From Camelus dromedarius (taxonomy: Eukaryota), in the NCBI RefSeq assembly GCF_036321535.1, contig NC_087436.1, forward strand, positions 22,756,001 to 22,820,000: a stretch of DNA of 64,000 bases, read 5' to 3'. Position 1 is the first letter of the stretch. Each line of letters opens with the position of its first letter. The notes under the pieces were generated by a model. The model did no database searches. It was not told the DNA's origin and was given only the letters and a program-made list of their open reading frames with translations. The translations under genes and the position numbers were made by a program. Positions 38,451 through 52,916 of this stretch are shown here, one piece after another.

Positions 38451-38583
38451 TCTCTGCTACCCATTTCACACATTAGACACAAAGTGAAACAGTTGTACAA
38501 AAATACTGGATGCCTTCCAAAGCAGGCTTAAAATACTAAGAACAAGAAATTAAATATCAAAAATATGTAAGTGAAATACTAGA

Positions 38584-38589
38584 TTTATT
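38584..38589 (-). terminator. Candidate ZNF330 polyadenylation signal AATAAA
   Basis: tttatt on + strand, about 655 nt past the stop codon; ATTAAA variants lie closer to the stop. Confidence 0.6.
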
Positions 38590-39244
38590 CAAAGAGAAAT
38601 GAAATTTCCTGGGTAAAACATCTGTGTAATAATACTGATTGTGTCTCTGAAAAATAGTCACCTCTGTCTATACATTTAGACGTTAATAACAAGTACTGTT
38701 CAGGGCATACACTGCGAAGAAAGAAATCAATGAGTCAGTTGCTAAAACATGTATAGCTACCTAAGATAACGTGAACATTTAATGAAAATTTAGTATATAG
38801 CATCTGACTTATAGCCTGTGGACAAACAAGGAAAAATATAACAATTCATTTTACCCATTACATTTTACAAAATCAGACAAAATGATTTTATAAGCAGTGT
38901 TTTTAATAAAAACAGCAATTTAATTTCCAACAAATATATTACCATCCTAGTCCTTTATCCTGTATATGTATTTAATTGGCAAACCTACTAGATTACTGAA
39001 ATCAGTAAAAATCTAATCTATGATACTTCAGTTGCTTGAATCAATAAATATCTTGCATTTAAAACTCATTTTTCTTATGCTAGAAGCCTGACTATCAGTT
39101 CCTATAAAAATGCTATGCCCTACTCCTTGCCCCAGTAAGTGTGACTAAGTGACAGTACGTACTTTTGAACATCTACACGTGACTCACCAAGCACACACGT
39201 TCCAACTCCTCTCAGACAAGGTCACCAGCGGGCAAGCAGCTCTT

Positions 39245-39550
<306 letters not shown>

Positions 39551-40660
39551 TTAGTTCCAATCCTCTACATCCTCATTTTCCTCTACAACAGAGAACATTA
39601 CGTGAACCTCACTGGTTCTTTTTACCCTCAAATGAAAACGTCACATTTTCCTTATTTCCTCACTTGATACCTAATTGGAAAGATAGGAGATTTTAGAAAT
39701 AACAGTCAGTTCTATCCTACTCAGAATCTAAATACACATCATATACAATAAACAATAAAGATGACAGTGTCATTTCATTAAATCTAGAAAAAGTTGGAAA
39801 ACAATAAAAGAATAGCAGCACTCTCCATACCTAAGTTAAATCAGCTGTGTTAAAAACTAAAATGCCTTTTGCTTGATTAAGTTTATTTTCAAATCACAGA
39901 GGAGTTGATTTCATATGTCATTACGTTTTCCTAAGAGAACTATTTTATAATTCAGATGTCCTAAAAGACAAAGCCTTTCACTTCCTCTTCTGCCTTAGCA
40001 GCAACACAAAGTTTAGTGCAAGAAAATAACGTCTCACCTCATTGTGTAACTGTATCTTTGATTAAACAAAGTACCATCAGAGTCATTTAGAATTATGGTT
40101 CCATCCTGATATGACTGGTAAAGAGTCAAATTCTCTTTAACAAAACTGTGAGTTGCATTACTGCAAGCATTTTTGTAGTAGTCTCATTCCTTCATAGAAA
40201 AGTTACATAAAAACCATAAAACAATTTCCTACAGTAGTGATGTATAACATAATAAGCATCTCTGCTCAAATTCCACACACCTAAGAATATGAATTCCAAC
40301 TTCCAAGCGTTGAAGATTACCAGCACTTCAATATTAAGGATTTATTACTACTCAATTATTTAACAAGGAAGCCTCAGCAAAAACAGAAAAATCATTCTTT
40401 TTGGTCTTAAATTTCAGTATTCACTATGTCATTAACTGAAGCAAATGCTAAATATCAAAGTGACTGATACTGTATTTCTTAAGTTAAATTGAGAAATTTT
40501 ACCCACAGATTTTCAAGGCTACAAAATTCCATTTGCTTAAAAGAACACATTCATCTTTTTAAATATGAAGAAAATGCAAAAAAAAAAAATTTATATATAT
40601 ATATATATATAAAGAGAAAAAAAAAAAGACAAATCTTGTTCAAGCATAAAAGCAAAATCA

Positions 40661-40807
<147 letters not shown>

Positions 40808-41034
40808 CTATATAGAAGAAATAAAAACAAGCAATAAGTAATTCATCAAAAAATATATGAAGACATCACTCAGTATTTCAAGGAAATTTAAACATAAAGA
40901 TAGACTTTTGTTAGAGCAGAGATTAAGAGTTTTGTTGGGATTGGTCACACTCCCTATTGGGAAATGGTCTTTGCCAGGACTCTTGTGAACTATGGACTAA
41001 CTCAGGGCAGAGAGTATACACAAGGTATGACGTG

Positions 41035-41400
41035 AGACACATTTATTCATAAATCTGAGTATTCACAAAGCCTATGATGACATAATGGTAAGCAGCTTCT
41101 CTACCCACACAGAGTCCAGAGTCTATCTGGGGACACAGACAAGTAGAGAGGCAGCTACACGACACCAGACACTGAAAGGGAAGCGCAGAGGAGCTAAATC
41201 AGACACGGATTCAGGAAAGGCTTGCTGGGAGACATGAAGTCTTAGCTGAGATCTGAAGGAGAATGAGGTGCAGCAGGGTAAGCAAAGATGGGTGAGTGAT
41301 CTAAGGCAGAGGAAACAGCATAGACAAAATTGAAGAAGAGTTGGGAGAGAATTAAGAGAGAGTTAGGAATATAAGAAAGAACCAAAGAAATGTTTCTGAG
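41035..41400 (-). mobile_element. L2 fragment in ZNF330 intron 8
   Basis: atttattcataaatctgagtatt...tcaggaaaggcttgc...agctgagatctgaagga...ctaaggcagaggaaacagcat. Confidence 0.65.
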
Positions 41401-41819
41401 AGGAAGTCAATCAGCTGCACCTGTTTAGTGATCTTTGACAAATGGAAGTGCTCAAGACAAGGTCTAAGGAAACAGAACATTACGGAAATCTTCACTTTAT
41501 TCAAACTCTCTGAAGCAAGTGCACTTTGATATTAATTAAAATGTACTCCCATCATTTTGGTCAAATGTTCTCCATAAATCTGAGGTATAAAAACACTAAG
41601 ATTCAGAAAACATGTGCATTAGTGTCAACTCTGAGACAAGCCAACTGGATGCCTTTTGGAAAGTCTCTAAGCTTTCAATTCCACAATCTATAAAATAAAA
41701 GAATTAAACTATATAACGTTTAAGACCCTTGTAGATTGATTATAGATATATAATCCAAGGGCTGATGGATGACTATGGGGATTAAAATCAACCTCAAAAT
41801 AAAAAATACAAGAGTATAC

Positions 41820-41866
41820 CTTACAACGGAGACAGGAATGCTGACCAAGCCGATTACATGAAACAC
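41820..41866 (-). CDS. ZNF330: ZNF330 exon 8 (VSCNRLGQHSCLRCK)
   Basis: 47 nt, ccccacag| ... |gtatac. Confidence 0.96.
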
Positions 41867-43215
41867 CTGTGGGGAAAGTACATAATATCCAGATTCAAAC
41901 TGGGAATGAAACTATCAATTATCAACATTTTTTTCTGTCTCATAACCTAGAAGAGAAATAAAATGAGATGGACTCCCCAGCCAGATGGAAGGGAACCAGC
42001 AACTGCACATGCCCAGCATTCTTTCACTTCTACAGCTCTCATTATCCTCCAATCTCCTTCTATTACTCCAAACCTAGGAGACAGCAAACTTCATTAATTA
42101 CATTTAGAAAACTGAAATGGCAAAACATATTTTTTCCATGACACTGGCTGGACTATTCCCCTACTGATATAATGGTTAAATTTTTAAAAGAGTAATTGTC
42201 CCCATTAATATATATTCTCTCCTGGTGGTGTACACTATTGCCTTTCTTTGCAAACTTTTGATAAGAGAATAGAATCCTTCATGTGGAAAAGCATGACTAT
42301 ACACAGAAAATAATGTTCAAGTGGCAGTAAAACAGATGGAAAAAAAATCCCAAAATGTTTTATCTCTATTTTAGTCAGTAAGGCACATTAATTTTGGTCA
42401 TTATCTACAATTAATGAGAAAAAAAAAATCTAAACTTAAGTATTTAGCAAATATTTTGGAAACACCAAAACATCTGGCACAACTGAATATACCAAAATAC
42501 GGAAGACAAAAATAACTGGAGAGTTACAGGAAAGAGAAAATAAACTGAACCTTACTCTGGTAAAGTCTGAATATAAACTATTAACTTTCAATTTACTTAG
42601 AGGTCTTAAAAAAATAAACAAAAGGATATCTATCTTTATAATTCAAATATCTGACTAGTTGTTTCTAACTTGGGGATTCTTTTATATAAGTCTGCCTGGT
42701 TCATGGGGAGCCTTTTCAATCTGAACAGGAAATTTTTTTTTTTAACTCAAAATGTTCTCAATTATGTGTATTATTATTGCTTCTGTCCAGCTATCCTGCA
42801 TTCTTCCACAGTAACACCACTAATTCAGACACAGTTGTATTACTGGTCCTATATGCTAATAATAAAAGTAAAAATCAACCAAGTACTTACTATATGTTAG
42901 GCATATGTAAGTATACCAAATTATTCCAATAATAACTATATTATTTCACAATGGTGGGGGAAAAAAACCTACAATCTCAATCATATCTACTTGAAGATAT
43001 GCCCAAGAGTTCTTAGGTTCATTCTTCATTCAGTCAAAAAAAGGATAAATATAATCAAAATGCTGAAGTCAAGTCTCTTTCAAATACAGAACCAGAACAC
43101 ATACTGAAAGTACAAAGCACCCGATCCAATTTCTCAGTGGGCACCAGGCATTTCTAATATAGAATCTTTCCCCATTCCCACCACCTGAATCTTTGATGTG
43201 CCACAAAGACACAAT

Positions 43216-43359
43216 CCCAAGAAATTCGCTGTCTATCACACCCTTACCTTTACCTCTGGGAACCCAAGATTCGTTGTCTATCACACGCTTACTTTCACCT
43301 CTGGGAACCCAAGAAATTCATTGTCTATCACACCCTTACCTTTACCTCTGGGAACCCAA
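43216..43359. repeat. Minisatellite, three 45-47-bp units, in ZNF330 intron 7
   Basis: Units 43216-43262, 43263-43307, 43308-43354: cccaagaaattc..tgtctatcacacccttacctttacctctgggaa. Confidence 0.95.
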
Positions 43360-44469
43360 ACCACTAGGATGAAATGTGGCCCTGCAGGTCTTCCTCCCCT
43401 AAATACCTCAATCCCACACACAGACTCTCCAGTTCACTGCCCTGTAATTTTTCTCCCCAAGAGTTAAAATCTTGAACTTACATTAAAAAATACACTTCTC
43501 CCAGATTCTACAAAATAGTGTGACATTCCTGTTTTTAGACTGGGGAATGGTTTTCTTTTTGTATCTTTTATATCTTCAGAGTATTTTAAAAGAAAGCAGG
43601 CTGGGATACACCAAAGCTGGCTGACAATAAGCCATTTAAATTCGAAGCCCCCCGGCCATTTTAATTATTAAAAAAAATAAAAGGCGGAGAAAACACGTGT
43701 TTTTTTCCCCCTCAAAACATCCTTCTCACCAGTTATGCAGGTAAATAAGTATTTTAAAGAATTTCTGAATCTTCCAATTCATAGTTGTAAGGTCAAATCC
43801 AAAAATGATGAAATGTGACCAATTAAGGGAATAAAAACAAATTATTTGGGGCTTAAATGTATGATTAGGACAGTATTTCAGAGAAAATATTTCAAACAGT
43901 GAATGGTAACTAGTAAAGGAAGAATGGCAAAGAAAAAACAAAGCAATGGAAAAAAAAGTAAAGAGGATAAATTATAGTAAGCCAAAGAAACCTGTTTATG
44001 TGCAATGAGAGTGACTTTAATATGAGGTATCAAAGACATGGTTAATAGATTGATCTTAAAATCCTTTCAATTATTCAGTGTCTTTATTTTCCTTTGTCTT
44101 TTACTGAATCACTAAAAACTTCTTGATGGAATTATAGCCTTAAGCTCACAGTTGCCTGTCTTTGGGGTTTAAATGCTATAAAATACACAAAGCTCTCAAG
44201 CCCCAAATAAAGTAACCCAATTTTTATATTATACGTTCTGCAGAAGCCCAAGAACAGCTCAAAAATGCTAAATACTTCGAGATGTTCCTTTAATCTTTGA
44301 GATATTCTTTACAAATACTGCAAGAATTAACATGGTGTGTGTGTGTGTGTGTGTCTTAGACTGATGACTTAGCAACTCTATAGATAAGTATAGGGATTTT
44401 GCATCAGAACAAGAATCAAATTCAAGGAAGTGAACTTAGAATTTCAGTCCTTCCTGAAATGGTATCTAC

Positions 44470-45130
44470 TACTTAATAAGGGCTTTCTAAGTGCCAGGTA
44501 CCATACTTATGCTTTACATGAATTCTCATCTCAGTGAACTCTGAAAAATTAGCATCTTCATTTAATACATAACGAAACTCAGGTTTAGAAAGATTCGGCC
44601 ATTTGCCCAAACATATACAGTCAATAAGTAGGATTCAAGTAATACTTGAATCAAAAACTTGAGCTTTTGAGAGATTAACAGAGTAGAAATAAAATGCAAT
44701 CTATCTGTAAAGATGAAACCATCACCAATCAGTAACACTGGTTCTCAAACTGGACTATACATGAGAATTATATGCACAAGTTAAATAAGATACTGGGCAT
44801 CCACCACAAACGTAAAAACAATCCCCAGGGGTAAGGCTTGGGCACCTATATTTTTAAAAAACCTTCAGAGGTGTTTCTGATGCACACTCCTGCCTAAGAG
44901 TCACCGAACCCAATTAGCAGGAACAAACTAGGGGTATACCACTTACCAGGGGACATTAGGAAATGAGGTGGGGGGGGAGGAGGGTGGTTACTTGTTATAA
45001 TAACTGGGAGACGAAAATGACAGTTAGCATTCAGGATCAAGACTGCTACAAGTCCTGCAATGCCCGATCAATCCCACAAAAGGAAGAACTGACCCAACCA
45101 AAAGGCCACTGGTACCCCTATTGGAAAAAA
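44470..45130. mobile_element. Cluster of MIR (44470-44670), MER5B-like (44735-44905) and MER3/MER20-like (44940-45130) fragments
   Basis: gaaactcaggtttagaaag...tttgcccaa; ctggttctcaaactgg...ttctgatgcac; gactgctacaagtcctgcaatgc...aggaagaactgacccaacc. Confidence 0.55.
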
Positions 45131-45245
45131 AATGGACTATGTGTTCTGAATTTTTTCTAGAAAAAGAAAATATATTAAATTAAATTACAATCCATAAGAG
45201 GCTACATGAAAAACTAGATTCCTTTCTCATTAAGTTTAACACTTA

Positions 45246-45446
<201 letters not shown>

Positions 45447-45818
45447 TTAATTTTAAAAACTCATACCTATAAAACTCCTCAGAAAAGATAGCAAATTATT
45501 TTAGATTTATGTCAAAATGGTACAGCAGTTTTTGTTCAGATAAAGGCTTAAAATAAAACTGACAAATTAAACCATAAAAGAGTAAACTCCCACTATGCCC
45601 TAGCTACTCAGATCATACTCATAATGCTCAGAGATACTTACTTTCCTGTAACTCTCCTCCTACCTGCATAGGTAAATAATCACACCATTGCCTATTACTA
45701 CTGGTACAAATCCCTTTTCCAACTAAATTGACAATCAAAACAGTGCCAGTACTTAGGATTGACAGTATTCTGAAAAAAATCTTAAGAAGAGCATCCAGAA
45801 TGTTTCAAAGTCATTCTA

Positions 45819-46055
<237 letters not shown>

Positions 46056-46934
46056 TCAGAATTATATACATTTAGCCATTTACCAACCTTCAGTGATAGT
46101 GAGTGGCTTTATTAAAGAAAATGTACTAAAACTAAATTCTAAAACCAAAATTAAAGAATTCCCTGAAAATCAAACTACTTCACCAAAAGCTATTTACATT
46201 ATACAAATCTAAGCTATAAATCAAAAAAAAAAAAGCAGAGGGGAAACTATACACTTACCCTAATATTAATCATTAAAGTAAATCAAAGAGCTGACAGTAT
46301 TGCCCTCAAACTGAATTTTAAATCAAATAAAGTCTGGAGTCCACAGTTGAAGCATTCCTGACTATAGCAATTCTGGTAACTAGACTGAATTTTTTCACAT
46401 ACTAAATTCTGACTTAAAAAAATTCCTTCTCATCTGTGTAATTTATAAAATAATCATATAGCTTTTCTAGAATGGAAAGAAAATATTAAAGTTCTGCCAG
46501 CATCCTTTTTTAAGGCAACTTATGGTTTAAATCATTATTGCATTTCTTTGTGGAAAAAACTAAAGTAAAATATTTATGGAACTAAATGACAGGTTAAGAT
46601 TCTCCAATTCTCAATCAAGGTAAGACTTTAAGGCTATACCTTTCAGGAACACAATGACATCTACAGAACACTAAGAGCTAGAAAGAATCTTAAGGAGATG
46701 GGACCGGACAGTCTTTCCTTTACAGGTGAGGAAGAATAGGGGCCTGACACTAAGTCCAAGTTCCAGAACTACGTTAGCACCAAGCTGTGATTTACATCCA
46801 GGTTTCCTGAACCTCAATTCAGTGTTCTACTATTCAAGGCTCTGTAACAAAAGTGGTAAAAGACAAACAGGAAGAATGTCTTGGGGCTTAAAAAAATAGA
46901 TTACCAGTGAGATAGTAAATCCTCAAATATATCT

Positions 46935-47420
46935 TCTGGATTATTTAGGGTTCTAGCAATAAAGAGATGATACACTAAATGAGGTTAATCCAGGAGAGTT
47001 TAAAAAAAGATAATTTACAAAGTACAGGGAAGGGCTTAGAAGAAACATCAAGGGATGATGGGAGATACCACACCTAGGCCTGAAGAGACAAGGTAGGGGA
47101 GGGAGGGAGGTGCAGAACCCCAAGAGAGAATCGTATGGAGAGGACTACTTGGTCATACAGAGAGGACCTGGTGGCAAATCCACGTCCAAACCGGGACAAC
47201 CTGGTAGGGAGTAAGCTGGGAGGATTAACACAGAGATCATCATTTCCTCCCATCGTCAGGTCTCTTGCCAGAGTCCTCTATGGGCTGAACCTAAAAGAAG
47301 CCATTAAGTAAGAAAGCAATTGATCCAGTCCCCACACACTGGTTAGGCTCCCAGGGAAAACATGGTGGATAGTGAAGGGAGAGGAATCTCAATCAGCAAA
47401 TAGAAGATGGCCAGAAAAAT
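46935..47420. mobile_element. Ancient LTR fragment in ZNF330 intron 5
   Basis: ttagggttctagcaataaagagatgatacac...ggagagtttaa...tgggctgaacctaaaagaagcca resembles old eutherian LTRs. Confidence 0.45.
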
Positions 47421-48371
47421 CACTTTTCTAGAATGTACAGCTAATGAATGATGCATGATTCTACTTAACTGTATTCTTCATGTAAGAAATCATTCATACT
47501 CATACAACCCATTGAATTAAAAAAAAGTAATCTGATAAATCTAGACATAAGGAAGCTACCAAGGAAAAGTATAATGGCTTTTGAATAAAGATAATAACAA
47601 CGACAATCCTATAAAGAAGATAAAGAAAGAAGAATTCACAAGATGATTATGAATCATTCTAGCTTTTGCTTCTGTAAGATAAGAAAAATATAAAGGTCTG
47701 CCTTATGATGGAAAACTACATGTTCTTGGGAAATTATTATAAACATTCTACTATAAATATTACGTTACTCATGGACATTTGGACCCGAGCATAAATTCAC
47801 ACAATAGAATACAGTAAAACTGGTCAAAAAGGAAACTATTTTTAGTGAAAAAGAAAGCAAAATGCATCACACAATGAAACTGTTTCTATTTTTCAAACAA
47901 TGAATTTCCTTTGAAAATTCTACATGTAATGAACTACATGTAACTACGTGTAATGAAGAGCATTATTTCCGTGTAAACTCTGTATTCTTTTTTGAAACGT
48001 AAAGCTTTACAAAACCAATTAATCCTAGGTTCTTTTGAAAGTAGGTTGCTTATTTAGCCAAAAGCCTGAAACTTAGTTAAGCAGGGCTTTCAGTATAGTA
48101 AATAATGTTTTGTGAAGTCTAAGACACATTACAAAGGTATCACTGACAAACAAATTGTTTAGATCAACATGAAATGAATTTCCATTCCTTGTACATTTCC
48201 CAATAAGAAAGAAGGAAGCAGTAAAAAACAGGTAGATAATAATGTGGGAAAGCACACAAAAACATGCCATATATAATCCAGATAACTCCAGACTAACTGA
48301 ACCAAGGAACAAAGCAGTGCTATTTAGAAAAAAATGACTACACATTGGTCAAAGACTTTTCCTCATCCTTA

Positions 48372-48509
<138 letters not shown>

Positions 48510-50483
48510 TCACTGTTAGCCTTGCAGAGTAGTACACACAAGTACTAATTCCTCTTTTTACCTAGCCCAAGTTCCTATGGAAATAATTTAAAAATAAATA
48601 GATCAGCATTGTTTACTGCTTACATAATTTAAAAAAGATAATGAATATACCTGAGATTTCATTACCTGAGTCAGACCTTTTGAGATGAGGAATTTATATG
48701 CTAATTCATATTTGTACTAAAATCAGAAATTGAACGCTATGCTTTGTAATCTAATGATCACTAAAGCAGTTTAAAATCTTGTGACTTTTCAGATGAATTA
48801 AAACAGACTTTAAAAAACTATGCTTTAAAAATGAATTTAACATTTTATAATTCACAATAAAGGCAGTCTGGTTTGAAGGTATTGCTTATTTCTTTCCATA
48901 GAACATCTCAAACCAAACCAGATCAAATAATAATCCTGCAACTTATCTGGTTCATTTTTTGTTTACCCATAGGTAAAAACTTACAAACACAGCCCCCAGG
49001 TAAACATTCTTCCAAAAGAATTGTCAAATAGTGCCCAAATGAGCACAAAAAATAGGAATATAGTGATAAAGCTAAAAATTACAATACAACCACAAAAGCT
49101 CTGATCTAGCAGCAAATTACCAACCCGAATCAGTATCAGGAAATTCACTTATCACAAACTATGGGAGGATTAATGGTGACATATTAATCACCCATCTCAG
49201 ATTCCACAAAGTGAAACATGAAAGAAATGGAAGATGCTCAATATTCCATTACCTGATTACCTAAGAAACAAAGCCAGACAACAGAAAACGGGAAGAAAGA
49301 GAAACTGGAAATGAGAGGCAGCATGTTTTATGCCTAACACTAAGTACCAGAGTCAGCGAGTGGCAAATGCATCTATACGTATCATTACAAACACTGAAAA
49401 CAGGGGAAGGTCCCAGCAAGAACTTATCTCAGTCTTCTCCAAAATCTATTTTCTCACTCTATATTCGTTTAGTTTGTTTGTTTTTATTTTTGTAAATAAG
49501 GATATAAAAACCAGCAGATGACTGGTCTATCTAGGCCAGTATTTCTTTTTCATTAACTACAGACCTCAGCTAGAACCACACCAGAAATATTCAGGGGTAT
49601 AGCCCTAAGCCTTCCTAACTTTCTGCAATGTTAACATATATAAACACACTTAAATGAGCATATCCCAAACTGTATTTCATCTGAAACTACTATCCCATAA
49701 CTGAAAGGCATACTTGTTCAAATAAACATTTGGGAGGCAAATCTGGAGTGAATAAAACAGTCAGGTTCCTTTACTGGAGGTTGTCAGAACCTTTTAACAT
49801 ACAGACATGTAACAGAACTCTCCCAGATAGGAATGAGGGAACGAGACATGCAGCATGTTTCACACGTATGCACTGCTTTTGGAAATACCTATTAGTATCT
49901 AGTGTTCTGTGGGAGACTACTTGGGAACATTGATCTTGCTGTTCTATGAACTACCATTTATTTTTACTCTGATTAACCATTTACTCTGAATAAAAGTTTC
50001 CACTTATACTTTGGAGCTAGGTTAAATGGCTTAGGAATTCTATTCCACTCACTTGAGAATATATGTGAGGAAACTCAAGAATCATAAACTAAGAACCAAA
50101 CAGGAAAACAACTGACCATAAAAAAATGGCACAAAGTAAATGTGGAAAAAAATCATTTTTAATGGTCTAACATACTGCAGGCAATATTAGCAAGAATCAA
50201 AATACAGAAACAAAGGATATCAATGAGATTAAGACAGTATAAATAAAAATACAGGATCACCAAATGTTATTAGTCCAAAATCTAATCTTTTAATTTTTAA
50301 AACAACATGTGGTATTATTTATCTAAACTGTATCTTAATTATTTTCCAGTATATCAAAGAGACAAAACCATGACTTGATTGTTTTTTGGTAGGCCAGATG
50401 ATAGTTTATGTCATTTTATTAGTAGCAAGGCATATAACATTACTGTAAACGATAATGATAAACCCACGGACTCAAACTGATTA

Positions 50484-50642
<159 letters not shown>

Positions 50643-50711
50643 TCAATATCAGATAAAAGGTCAGTCTATATTATTACATATAGAAAGAAAAAGAAATAAA
50701 TAAAAATATAC

Positions 50712-50731
50712 CTCTGACACTTGTCACATTC
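50712..50731 (-). CDS. ZNF330: ZNF330 exon 3, 20-nt microexon (ECDKCQ+AG)
   Basis: ttttacag|GAATGTGACAAGTGTCAGAG|gtatat; needed to keep the frame between exons 2 and 4. Confidence 0.95.
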
Positions 50732-51155
50732 CTGTAAAATATAAAAACATAACATGAATTTTTCTACTGGCTGAAAGTTGCAAATTTACTAGCATTACAT
50801 TACAAAAAATACCCTGCTTCTGATGTTAAAATTTAAGTGACACTTGCCCAAACCCTCCAACTCCACCCATGTCTACAAGCATCTACACAAACATTAGTAA
50901 CAAAGGCATGCTCTTGAGTATGCCACACTAGAGGAAGAAGTGGCATTTTCACAAAATAGCTAAATGCAGTGGTGGTGGTTTTTTTTGTTTTTCTTTTTTT
51001 TCCTTAAGGAATCAGATAAATAATACAGAATGGACACAAGAAATAGTAGAGAACACAGTATGCTGAAGCTCATAGAAAATCCAGAATTCTAAACATGCTA
51101 TGAAAAGTGCTCCACAATCTGTTCTCTAACCTCTTCTCAAATCTTGCTGGCCTAT

Positions 51156-51520
51156 TCTTTTTATTTTTTTTTAATTTTTTTTCTTTCTTTTTTTTTAACT
51201 TTTTTTATTGATTTATAATAATTTTACAATGTTGTGTCAAATTCCAGTGTAAAGCACAATTTTTCAGTTATATATGAACATATATATATTGTCACATTTT
51301 TTTCTCTGTGAGCTACCATAAGATCTTGTGTATATTTCCCTGTGCTATACAGTATAATCTTGTTTATCTATTCTACAATTTTGAAATCCTGTCTATCCCT
51401 TCCCACCCTCTGCCCCCTTGGCAACCACAAGTTTGTATTCTATGTCTGTGAGTCTATTTCTGTTTTGTATTTATGCTTTGTTTTTTTGCTTTTGTTTTTG
51501 AGATTCCTTTTTAGATTCAA
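51156..51520 (-). mobile_element. Young camelid-type L1 3' end in ZNF330 intron 2
   Basis: T-rich tail, then ttttacaatgttgtgtcaaattccagtgtaaagcacaatttttcagtta...gagctaccataagatcttgtgtatatttccctgtgctatacag; same family as 27860-28060. Confidence 0.9.
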
Positions 51521-51859
51521 GTCACTATTTGTCAGCTATTCTCGAAATATGTCTTGTATTCTCTTTCCCCTGCCTTACTTATTCTAACACTTTTCCCCAA
51601 AAAGTCCCTCCTCACATCTTTACCTCTGGGAAGTTCCGGTGACCCCCTCCTCGGTGAACTGTACCCTATCCCCACACTCATCTTTACCACCTGAGTCCTC
51701 ATGTACCTTAGTCCTGATTGTACCTTTTCTGCAGCACTCACCAAAGTCTAGCCCTCGCTGCATGGATTTATGAGTGAGTCATTTCTTTGTCTGCCCTCTT
51801 TCTCTTCTCTAGAAATGACCCTGACACAGAGAAAAGAGTCCCCATGGTCCTACCTGTGC

Positions 51860-52245
51860 TATATAATCTTGCTGCCCATCGTCCCCTCAACTCAGTCATG
51901 AACATTAGTTGATCCCGGGATGAGCACCCATCCAAGCCCAACCTATCAGAGCTCTTTCCCTGACTGACAGCAGAAGTATGTGATGTGAGACATGCAAGCT
52001 ATGAACCTAGTGGCTATGAACCCAAACAAAAGGGAAAAAACAACCTGAGAAAATGGAACTAAGTACAAGCAAGACAGAAAGGACTACAAGCTGTTCTAGG
52101 TTCGAGCTGTTCCTGCATCCCAGCTATATCTTTGCCCTTCCCAACTAACTATAAAGTTAGTCCATTATTTATTCAATAAACCCTATTTCTCCCTAAAGTT
52201 ATTTAAGCTGGATTTCTATTATTTTTAAACTCTAAGTAATACAGA
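51860..52245 (+). mobile_element. Old MLT1-like LTR
   Basis: ttgatcccgggatgagcacccatccaagc...aataaaccc...atttaagctggatttctatta...taataca. Confidence 0.5.
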
Positions 52246-52760
52246 AAATAACTGAGCTGTAAGCCTGTGGAAACAGAGACTGTGTCATTTATCTGTGTAT
52301 CCCCCACAGTGCCTAAAATAGTACCTGGCACAGAGCAGACACACAAGAAACAGTTGAGGAATGAAGTCACACTAAGCATTTCACATGTGGTCGATGAAAT
52401 AAAGGGAAAAGAAACAGAATCAAGGACAAAAACAAGCAGAGAGGGAGTGGAAATAGGGAGACATGGGACAACTCAGACAAACATGGTCAAAGGAAGGGAA
52501 GAGGTAATGACATATGACAAAAAAGCTCTAATTAATAGGAGAAACTGAGTAAGGTATATTAGGTTAGAGAAGCTGGAATGTCGCACAGTTCCCCATATGT
52601 ATTCTTGTTCAATACATATCTACTTGTCACCAACAGTAGCCAAGGTAATACGAAAGGTTTTATAAATAACAAAATCAAACATAATTCACTACTACTCAGT
52701 GTTAATGACAACAATGGACAAGCATTTAACACAGGTATATTTGTGGTTTTTCAATTATCA

Positions 52761-52916
<156 letters not shown>

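Noticed and set aside
43216..43359. CRISPR-like repeat array
   Set aside because: Units are contiguous near-identical tandem copies with no unique spacers, in a mammalian intron; it is a minisatellite
51618..51632. 15-bp match (ctttacctctgggaa) to the intron 7 minisatellite unit
   Set aside because: The match does not extend on either side; probably chance
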